64,000 bases of DNA from Owenia fusiformis (taxonomy: Eukaryota), in NCBI GenBank assembly GCA_903813345.2, contig CAIIXF020000001.1, positions 34,782,001-34,846,000 on the forward strand, read 5' to 3'. Position 1 is the stretch's first letter. Every line of letters starts with the position of its first letter. Shown one piece after another: positions 29,027 through 41,000 of the stretch. Under the pieces are notes generated by a model, which made no database searches, was not told where the DNA came from, and saw nothing but the letters and a program-made list of their open reading frames with translations. The translations under genes were made by a program, and so were the position numbers.

Positions 29027-32000
29027 ATGTGTGCAGCTGTTTCAAAAGGAATTATCTCTAAAATGGGAAGGTTCATAGGTAATGATATGCTACAAACTAA
29101 GCAATAACACTCGGTTACTACTTTGAACATCAGTTTTTGATGTTATAGTATGTTAATTGCAAGTCAAATGAATTCCTGTAGATTTTCATTTTTGCCCTTT
29201 TCATATTTCAGAATGCAACGTTGCTTGCAATACTCACATGCTATCTATTGCAAGACTTACGCCTGCCACAACCGTCACCATGTTAATCAGTGTTTTTTAA
29301 GTAGCGCAAGGATCCTGCCATGACCGTGGTAGTGTTATCGTGTAACCCTGGTATAACCGTGACAGGCTGATATAACCGTGACAATGCTGTATTCTATTGC
29401 AAGGCCTGTCATGACCCTGGAAGTGTTATCGTGGAAGCCTGGCGCGACCGTAGCCTTTATTGTGGCTTATAAGCGAATGTGAATATTTTGTATAGTAGTA
29501 ATTTTGATTTTGACATGATTAAGGTAGTTAAACACCGTGATCATAGTATTAAACTGTTTAATTGTAATGAGGATCACTTAAAATTGTTAAGGATATTCCT
29601 GGCATTAATGTCATACATATTTACTAGTCATTGCAATACATTATAACGGTCATAGTAGAACAAGCCTAAATCTCTACATTACCACCCTCAAACCTGGCCT
29701 TGCAATACTATATTACATTGTCACGGTCATACCAGGCTTTGCGATCCCATAATACATTGTCATGGTCATGCCAGGTTTTCAAATACACATTATCACGGTC
29801 AATTAGCAATCATAAATTTCTACATTACCACTCTCATACCCGAACTTGGAATACTATATCACATTGCCATGGCGGTCATACCAAGCCTTGCAATACTATA
29901 TTACATTGCCATGGTCATGCCAGGCTTTGCAATACACATTGTCACGGTTATAGCAGTCCAAATCGTAAATTTCTATATTACCACTCTCATACCTGAACTT
30001 GCAATACTATATTACATTGTCACGGTCATGCCAGGCCTTGCAGTACTATATTACATTGTTACGGTCATACCAAGCCTTGCAGAACTATATTACATTGTCA
30101 CGGTCATACCAGGCATTGCAATATAATACAGCATTGTCGCGGTTATACCAGGCTTTCACGATAACATTACCACGGTCATGGCAGGATCCTTGCGCTACTT
30201 AAAAAACACTGAATAACATGGTGACGGTTACGCCAGGCGTTAGTCTTGCAACAGATAAGGTCTCGCAATACTTCATCAACAGAACAAAGTTTTTACTCAG
30301 CTATTTTTCATCTAATATGTATATTTACAGGGTCGTCCTCGAAATTTTCCACAGGTGGGGGGTGTGCGTCTATGGTGTTAAAACTGTATCAAAATTGGAC
30401 ATCTTATATTTATGTGATATCTCTAACACATAGAATAGCGTTTAGCAGAATACATACACAAGTGTGTGATTTCATACACAGTTTGTTCGAGTTTGCACAC
30501 TTTATGTTTGTAAAATCACACTTGTACATGCGTATTTGTGAGACCCTATCTGTTGCAAGACTAACGCCTGGCGTAACCGTCACTATGTTATTAAGTGTTT
30601 TTTAAGTAGCGCAAGGATCCTGCCATGACCGTGGTAATGTTATCATGAAAGCCTGGTATAACCGCGACAATGTAATATAGTTCTGCAAGGCTTGGTATGA
30701 CCGTGACAATGTAATATAGTACTGCAAGGCCTGGCATGACCGTGACAATGTAATATAGTATTGCAAGTTCAGGTATGAGAGTGGTAATGTAGAAATTTAC
30801 GATTAGGACTGCCATAACCGTGACAATGTGTATTGCAAAGCCTGGCATGACCATGGCAATGTAATATAGTATTGCAAGGCCAGGTATGAGGGTGGTAATG
30901 TAGAAATGTAGGCTTAGTCCTACTACGACCGTTATAATGTATTGCAATGACTAGTAAATATGTATGACATTAATGCCAGGAATATCCTTAACAATTTTAA
31001 GTGATCGTCATTACAATTAACAGTTTAATACTATGATCATGGTGTTTAACTACCTTAATCATGTCAAAATCAAAATTACTACTATACATTAATATTCACA
31101 TTCGCTTATAAACCACAATAAAGGCTACGGTCGCGCCAGGCTTCCACGATAACACTTCCGGGGTCATGACAGGCCTTGCAATATAATACAGCATTGTCAC
31201 GGTTATACCAGCCTGTCACGGTTATACCAGGCTTACACGATAACACTACCACGGTCATGGCAGGATCCTTGCGCTACTTAAAAACACTGATTAACATGGT
31301 GACGGTTGTGGCAGGCGTAAGTCTTGCAATAGATAGCATGTGGTATTTGTGTATGCATTGTTTAAAAATGACATCAAACAGGGTACACAAGTGGAACAGG
31401 GTATACAAATGCTTATGCGGCTCGCACAAACGTTTTTCTCTTCACAAACCATGATGTGCCGATCACAAACCTTGATGTACCGATCACACACCTTGATGTA
31501 ACATAAATTGCTTTCTAGAGATGTTCGAGATTTTGTTCTAAATCTCGCGTTACTGTTGCACTGAACGAAATAACACATTGGCGAGGCAAAAAGATAAAAA
31601 GATCTAGTTTGTAATTTCTCAATAAATGGCCACTGGACGTCTCCCTAGCCTAGGGCCTAGGGTATTCTATTGTATATTCTTAACTCCTTAACGCCTGATC
31701 CCTATAGTGGTTAAAATTGGTGAAATGTGCATTAAATATTAATTTAAATGCTTTTTATTCAATATTATACAAATATATGACTGTCATATATCAAAATGAA
31801 GAGAATTACCCATATTTCTCATTTTTACCTAATTTGCATAAATTATGCAAAAATAATGATGTCATTGTGACGTCACAAGGCTGAAATTGAGCATTTTATT
31901 TCATTAAATTGAGTCATATCTCTACAGTCAATACAGTTTTTCTCAAATACTGTTCAATTATTGCAATTTTGGAAAACATGTATTTGTTCTCCTTGATTTA

Positions 32001-35000
32001 AGCTTTAAAATGGTATATTACATGATGGGTATAAGGAAGATTTGGTGTAACTAGATTATGCTAAAGTTTGCGATGCCGAGCCAAAAATTCCAGGAATCGT
32101 GGAAAATCTCGGAAAATTATGTCGAAATGTTTAATTGAAATATGTAATCTATAACAAATAAACTTTTAACTTGAATAATTTTTATTATATATTATAGGCC
32201 ATACTAAGGGGGATTGCTCATATACTGTTTTTGCCTAATTTGCATATATTATGAAAATATAGCGATGTCATAAGATGACGCAAGAACGGTTTGTTCCGTC
32301 AACTAAATTCCATATTCAGGAATAAATAATTTTTATTACCCGAGCCGATTCAGTTGATAAATGTTTAATAACCCAGTTCTGTTTCATAACAGCTTTAAAA
32401 TGATAAACTACATGAAGCATAGAAAAATAATATACTGTCACGACTCACTAGAATAAACCAGACGATCTGCGATAAGGTACTGATATTTGACAAATCGATG
32501 AAAATCATGACTCTACAATGTTTTGAAGAAATAATAGATGTATAAAGATGTGTTAAAAGCAAATTTCTGCTTGTGAATGTCTGTTTGTTCATGTACTCAT
32601 TATGTTTGATTGCTAATAAACCAGATAGATCATGAACATGCAAGTAATCCTCAAACTGCTTGGCCTTTCATGGGTTTCCCCAACAAAGGCTTCTGATACA
32701 CCCCCCCCCTGAATCCCTATGCTCCCCCCTGAATTCCTATGCCCCCCTCCCTATACTACTCAACATTTTTCAAAATATATTTGTGTTGATTGTCCTACAC
32801 ACCTTGCAACAAGATTTTAATGTGCCATGACATCTTACAGTAGCTATAAGAGTGAGGAAAGACGAAAAATAGTGAAAAAATAAAGCTATTCACCTATTAT
32901 CGCCCACTATAAAATCGGCCATAAAAATTAACAGAGTGAATTCATCTGCCATTCAAGGTTTTGTAGGCGCATAAAGGTAGTAAAATTAACAATATAGTAA
33001 CCCTTTACACCCTTTATATGTGTTTCAATTGGAAATATTGATGAACTGATCTCACAAAGCATGGATATTGAGAAAATATTTTTAGATTGAAAATTGAATT
33101 TTTCTCAGAAATCGGGCCTTGATTGACTTGAATGAAAACGAACATATTCTTACCTTTTTCATCAATCTAGCTCATCTTTTCTACGTTCGCTGATACCCCT
33201 AGTATTATAATACTTGAAACTAGTTTCAGAAAGTGCATCTGTTGCCCCTAGATGGCTTGATATTTCAATAATTATATTTTAAATTTCGCGGTTCAGCCTC
33301 TTGGTCGAACCGGAAATCAATAATTTCAAAAATATTTAAATTTGTTCTTTTGCATTATTTTTTGGTCAATAACAACAAAATTGGTCAAAATAAGTGAACA
33401 AAGCAGTATTCTATGAATGTATTTATATTTATTCACAACTTTATATAACAATTATAGGGAAATAGCGTGGAAAGATGCAATTATATTTTGGTAAGATTTT
33501 TCTTTATCGGGTGACGTCATAAACCCGTCAAATCGATCATATATGATCGATTAGGCATGACGGAGTTAATTTAAAATTTACATTTTATAACATTTCAACG
33601 GAGGGCGCCATATTATAGAAACCAGGATGTAAATATCACGTGACTTCAAATTTCGCACCCTATGTGAAGTGCAACGTGTTTATGACAGCCTATGCGAGCA
33701 GGAACCATCCTATGCGAGTTTGAACTCAATGCGTGTGTAAAATTGACACGTTCGTTCGAAATTTACTTTGATCCATGTGTAATTCTTGTAGTATTTTATG
33801 CAACTTATAACCACAATACGTGTGACATTTCAACATTGCTTTTGGATTTTTGAAAAATAATTGGAGTTAGTGCTAACTCTTTGTGTGACACTTGATATTA
33901 CCAGTGCCTGTGTGAATGAAAATGAGTCATGTAAGAAAATTAACTGTTGGTATAACATGGATTGAAAATGGCATACGATGATGCGAGTTTCGCATATAAT
34001 GATGCGTATTTCGCATAGTATGATGCGAGTTTCGCGAATCATATGGTTCGAGTATCGCATCATATAGTTCGATTTTTCCCATACATCATGTAATGTCCAA
34101 TTTTGATACAAAATAAATTCCATATGCGTCTACATCTTGAGAGAGTCAAAACAGAAATGTTTGTGACTAGTCAAAACTTATCCCGTACCAGGACACGGGA
34201 TAAGTCAAAACAGTAATGTTTGGGAGTACTTTGAATTTAAAAAATAAGCAATCAAATGACCAAATTGAAACAGTTTATGTAAAAATGGAAACATTTATAT
34301 TTATCCTAACTTTTGTATATTTTAGTTTGTTTTGTAGTTTAGCTATCATATCTGTGTTCTCTTATGTTTTGATACTTTTCTGCCATGTTATTTTCAGAAA
34401 AGTTTACATGGCTGAAACTCCCTAAATTACAAAAGGCCACAGCTTTGCCTCACATTATACATTACTATCTGAAATATACAAAAGTTAGGATAAATATAAA
34501 TGTTTCTATTTTTACATGAATTGTTTCAATTTGGTCATTTGATTGCTTATTATCCCATCGAACGAAGTTCAGAGGGATAAAGGGAACGCCTCCGTCCATA
34601 CGTACGTACGTACGTCCGTCAACCGTCTGTACGTACGTCCATGCGTACGTAAGTCCGTCCGTCCGTCTGTACGTACGTCCGTCCGGGCAATAACTCAAAT
34701 ACCGTTGGCCCGATTTTGTTCATACTTTGTACACATATACCCTATGGGGGTAGAAGTTCTGATCGAAAGCCGATTTTCAAAATGGCCACTCATTTCAAAA
34801 TGGCGGCCATTTTAGTGCCGATTTTACAGTAATTTAGGTGCAATATGTAAAACTGTAATAGCAATATGTTTTAAATGTAAAAAAATTATAAAGGACATTA
34901 ATAAAGCTACAAATGTAGATATTAAAAAAGCACATGGCAGCCATCTTGAAAAATGGCGGCCTTTACTCGTTATTTTACGATTTTTGCTGTAACTCGAAAA

Positions 35001-38000
35001 GTAGTGGAGTGATTTTGTTCATATTTGGTATGTGAATACTATAAACATTGCACACTGTTTAAAGACACTTTTGGTAGAAGGTGGCCATTTTGAAAAATGG
35101 CCGCCATATTAACGTTTTTTACTAAAACTCGAAAAGTAGTGGAGCGATTTTGTTCATATTTGGTATGTGAATACTATAAGCATGGCACACTGTCCTATGA
35201 CACTTTTGGTAGAAGGCGGCCATTTTGAAAAAAAATTTGAAAAATGGCTGCCATTTTAACATATTTTACTATAACTCGAAAAGTAGTGAAGCGATTTTGT
35301 TCATATTTGGCATGTGAATACTATAAGCATGGCACACTGTCTAAAGACACTTTTGGTAGAAGGTGGCCATTTTGAAAAATGGCCACCATTTTAACGTATT
35401 TTACTATAACTCGAAAAGTAGTGGAGCGATTTTGTTTATATTTGGTATGTGAATACTAAAAGCATGGCACACTGTCTAATGACACTTTTGGTAGAAGGTG
35501 GCCATTTTGAAAAATGGCCACCATTTTAACGTATTTTACTATAACTCGAAAAGTAGTGGAGCGATTTTGTTTATATTTGGTATGTGAATACTAAAAGCAT
35601 GGCACACTGTCTTATGACACTTTTGGTAGAAGGTGACCATTTTTAAAAATGGCCCCATTTTAATGTAATTTACTATAACTTGAAAAGTAGTGAATTGATT
35701 TTGTTCATATTTGATTTGTGAATACTCATGAGCCTTGCACACTGTCTCATGACACTTCGGATAGTAGGCGGCCATTTTAAAAAATGGCTGTCATTTTACA
35801 TTTTTTACTATAACTCGAAAAGTAGTGGAGTGATTTTGTTCATATTTGATATGTGAATACTCTAAGCATGGCACATTGTCTAATAAAACTTTGGGGAGTA
35901 GTCGGCCATTTTGAAAAATGGCCACCATTTTTATGTGTGTTATTTTACAAGTACATTTGTGCGATTTTTCAAAAATTTTATAGGTGGCTTCTTAAAAGCA
36001 TATTATTTCTTCTGATGACAACTTGGCTAGTGAGCAACCATTTTGAAAATGGTGGCCTTTCTGGTGTGTTGTTTTATGATATTTGCTATATATTTCGTTT
36101 GTAAAAATGCCAGCCATTTCTGTTCGATGGGATTCGCTACGCTTTGGCGTTGCCGTTGTTCTGGTTTTTTAAATTCAAAGTACTCACAAAGATTTACAAT
36201 TTTACTATAAGATTGAATCCGACAATGCATCAAGCCTTGGGCTTAAATTCTTTTCACACATTGCAAAATATTTTCTACAAAATCACCTAAAAGATCAGAA
36301 ATCACCAAGAGAAAAATTATTTTCAATGAAACTTTTTGCAAGGGTCAAGTTTGCCAAGCATCAATTTCAATCTGTACAGTCAAGTTGTCACCTTGACAAC
36401 TATTCAATGAATGACCTTTGATGCTTTGCTGGTTATATAATGAAGTGCAGTTATATGAAATACTGTGATTGGATTGGCTGGAATCAGATACACCTTGCCT
36501 AGCTAGCTATGTTTGAAATTTATTTTCACACATAGCAAGGTAAGGTGTGTACAATTCTAGCCAACCAGAACACAGTATTTTATATAACTGCACTGCATTA
36601 TATAATCAACAACTGCATCCAGGGTCAATTTTCTTTTTTGTTTTAGATTCTAGTAAAACTAATGAAACAGATAAACTGATCAATTTCATAGTTGAGTAAA
36701 AATCTATAAATAATATCATAGGAAATAACAAGCTGCATGCTTGTGCAGGTCAAATTGACCCTTGCAAAAAGTTTCCTTGAAAATATATTAGTGATATTGT
36801 ATAAAATATTTTGCATTTTTGTGGCTAATTCATTCCACACAGGCGTTGTTTCCTAAACTTTGCATTCCCATTGCAGCATCATGCAAAGATTTGAAAACAA
36901 CACCTCCAAGAGGAATAATTCTGCACAGAAAGCATTGAGTCTCGGGCTTAAATCTGACCTTTAATCATGTATGTTTCAATCTATTATTTATTTTATATTT
37001 TCAGATATCGGAGTAAATTTGACAGGTAAATTAATAAATTAATAATTAAATTAGGCCTTAGATATAATTTGTCAGATAAAGAATAAAATTCATCTGAAGG
37101 TTTAAAGTTCATTGCATGTTCTTTCTTACTAAAATTACATGTTTCTGTAACTGTATTGTATTATTATATGATGAAATTTGTAGTCAGTGGGCTGTTCCAT
37201 GTATTTCCAATAGAGAAAATATTTGGGCTAACTTATATACAGATATATGTTTTACTATGTTACTTTGTTTATATAATTTACAAGTACTCAATGGACCTTA
37301 AGTACCAGAACCGTAGCCAGGATTGGCCAAGGGGGCCCAAATGGTGAAAAACTGCACAATTTTGAGATTTTTTGGCCAGGGTTCAAACCCTCCCCCTCTG
37401 GCTACGGGCCTGAGTAAAAACAATAAAATTAGTATGAAGACTATCACCTTCAGTCCATAGTTCCTCAAATAGTATTCTACTTGGGCGATGTTCCATTTAC
37501 AGAGTTTTATTTCATATGAAGTAATAGGTAACTGAACTTTAAAGTGTTCCACTTTTGTAGGTGTTTCACTGATTCTCCAGGTTTTAGTGTATTTTCCTTG
37601 TTCCAAGTTAAAGTTCAGTAATATTCCATGGTTTTATCTTTTAGATCCTGTGTTCAGAGGCATCTATCGTGAATCCAGGAAACACGAAGGTAAAACATTA
37701 ACAAATTATGAGGTCACCACCAGAAGTGTTGAGATATTGTTATTAGTCTCCCACTTTTTTGTGCACAGTGTTCAGCTATCTGAGTTCAGTGGTCAGCATT
37801 CAGATTTCAGCATCCATAACAATTTGCATTCAGCATCTGTAACAATTTGCAATGACTTACAGTATAAGCCAAGGTGGTGACATTTTGTCATGTTAATGCC
37901 TTGCCTGATTTTTTCAACAAGAACTGTATGGTTTATAAAGGGAATAATGTAGAACTTGAAGGGACAGTGACAAATTGAGAGTAAGATTTGAAAAGATTGT

Positions 38001-41000
38001 CAGAATTTGATAGTATTTTTAGCTCTTGTCATTCCATGTCATGCCTATATTCTAAAAGGTTCAATAGGGTTAAAATTATTTCAGGTATTTTTAAGGTCAT
38101 CTTTCAATCATAGTGAATTTCTCTAACTTCTATTTTTGATTAGATATCTCAATTCTATTTTCAAGAAATAAAATCAGAATTGTAAGAAAAGAATTGGCAT
38201 GATTTTTGAAAAGATTGGTTCTTCTACTCTTTTAAGAGAGTTTTTGGTCAAGTTGTATATTCATATTGTATTGTTCAGTTATCTTCCATGCTCTGTCTAT
38301 TTAGATGATCTGAAAGATGTGCTTAAAAGATCTTTTGACATTGGAGTTGAGAAGGTAAGACTACCTTGTATTACTGTACTTAATATGACTAAAAATATCC
38401 ATAAATAAAGTTATTTAGCTTTATACCATTGAGTCAAGTTAGATTATTTTCAATTAATATATTACTATAATATATTTTTATATGTTCTTTTTCAGATGGT
38501 TATCACTGGGGGAAGTCTCAAAGATAGCAGAGAGGCCTTAGAAATGGCTAATACACATGGTGGGGAAATGTTTGAAAATATTCTTTTCACGTCATAAATA
38601 GGTCTGTGTTGACATATTCTGAATAAATATTTGCACGCATTTTAACATTCGGTCATCATATTATTTTATAAACTTTTTGATCAGGAAGCATTGACATTTA
38701 TTCCTCATGAAAATCCAGACTTCTGTTCAAGTTCTTTTGTGATGTTGATTTAGAGCACTTATACAGCACAGTAGGGTGCCATCCTACTCGATGTCTGGAA
38801 TTTGAGGCTGAGGGAGAAGAGGCAAAGTACTTAGAGGAGCTCATCACCCTGGCAACAGACAACAAGGAAAAGGTTGTAGCTGTTGGTGAATGTGGTCTTG
38901 GTGAGTGATTTTGATGGTCTTGGTGAGTCATTTAAGTTTTGGTGAATGACCTTGATTGTTGTCTTAGTGAGTGATTTGATGGTCTCGATGTGTGGTATGT
39001 CATATACTGTAGGTGACTGATCCTATTGGTCTTTGTGAGTGATTTTGATGGTGTTGGTGAGTCATTTTAGTTTTGATGAGTGACCTTAATTGTTGTCTTA
39101 CTGATTGATTTGATGGTCTCAATGAGTGGTGTGTGGTATACGTGAGTGAACCTATTGGTCTCTGAGTGATTTTGATGGTGTTGGTGAATGATCTTATTGG
39201 TCTCGATGTATATTATTTTACTACATTTTTGGGAAATTACTGTTCAAGTTTAGGATGATGTACCATGAGGCAAAATGATTCTATTAATATCATAACAATT
39301 TCAAGTCTTTGAATGGGTAAGACAAATAAAAAAAATATGTGTACATCCCAAAAAATATATCTGCGATGTACTGCACTGTTTTCTGATCTTGTAATTTCAG
39401 ATTATGACAGACTGCACTTTTGTCCAAAAGAAGTTCAACTCGAGTAAGTTGCATGGTTTTGTGTATGAACTATCAAATCACTAAAATACAATATATATTT
39501 TAAAAAAAAGAAAAAAGTCAGTGATGCAGTTTATCTATCATCAAGATGGGATGGGGGGTATTCTCATTTTTGACTTGGTATGCTTCTAGAAATTGTTGTT
39601 TAAACACATGGCTATATTATGCCATATGCTTCATAAGCAATCCCTTTTAATAACTATAGGAATATGAAAAGAGAAATAGGAATATGAAAAGAGAAATACC
39701 TAGGCGTATTACAAAACAAAGCAAGAAAAGAATACATCTAAGAGCAAATCCTGAGTCATAAGGAATTTTCTTATGACTGATTTTAAAACAACCCCCATTC
39801 TGGAACTGTTCTATCATACTAAGAAACAGTGTCTAGCACCCCCCCCCTTACATGTTCTTCCATCAAGGAATACCACAATCCAGTATAATTAAAAAAACAT
39901 TGGTCAAACTTCAATTTTTTGAATTTACAGATATTTTGAGAAACAGTTCCAGATAGCTGAACAAACTAAATTGCCAATGTTCTTACACAGTCGCAACTCA
40001 GGACAGGATATGCTGGACTTACTCAGAAAAAATAGGGAAAGGTTTAGCAATGCAGTGGTAGGTTAATATTTAAGGGGCCGGGTCAAAACATTGATGTCCG
40101 TCAAAAAACATAATTAATTATCTTAGGGGAGGGGTTAAACACTATTTAATTAGATGATGAACATCGATTTTCAGTTTTCCCAGGTTTTGTCTTTTGCATC
40201 CACTATTCATTCATTGTATTGAATACATCTGGGCATTTTCACAATGGCGTCGCCCATTAAATAGTGAAAGCTCCAACTGAATCTGTTTGGAAACATTCTA
40301 GGTAACACAATTTGCATTCCTAAAGTAAACTGTTAACAAACAAAGCAAATCATAAGTGATAATTTCATAAAGAAAAATTTCACCAACATTTGACTTTCGT
40401 TTGAAGGGGGAGAGGGGGGTCAGACCTAACTAAATTAGTAAGTTTTTTGATGGACATCAATGTTTTGACCCGACACCGACAGGGGGTGTCAGTTCATGTT
40501 CATTATGTTTAGTGTGATATTGATGTGTCAAATGTCATTGAAAAGGTTCACTGTCATACTGTGCAAGTTCAATAACATGTCTTCATGTTCTCTGATTTGT
40601 ATTTACTATTGCACAAGTAAAGTTGTACAATATTTGTTGCATTGTATAGTTTTTTGTACTTTCTTTCTATAAGTTCACTCATTTTTATTGTAAACATTCA
40701 CTCATTGGAATGGTCTCCTATAAAAAATCATTCATTTGTTTTTTCATATTGTCATTTCTGTTGTAAAGGTTCAGTAATTTGTCATTTCTGTTGTATATTT
40801 TCACTAATTTGTCATTTCTATTGTAAAGGTTCACTAATTTGTCATATCTGTTGTATAGGTTCACTAATTTGTCATATCTGTTGTATAGGTTCACTCAGTT
40901 GTGATTGCTATTGTATAGGTTCACTAATTTGTCATTTCTATTGTATAGGTTCACTCATTTGATGGCAGTAAAGAGGAAGCAGCTGACTTAGTAGAACTGG

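Noticed and set aside
33475..33496. Alternative TATDN1 exon 1 (MQLYF|gtaaga)
   Set aside because: Lies within a TTAA-flanked element; 29063-29078 (MGRFI) matches the family much better.
40642..40962. Cys/His-repeat ORF resembling a zinc-binding protein
   Set aside because: Off-frame translation of the 30-bp acceptor minisatellite.
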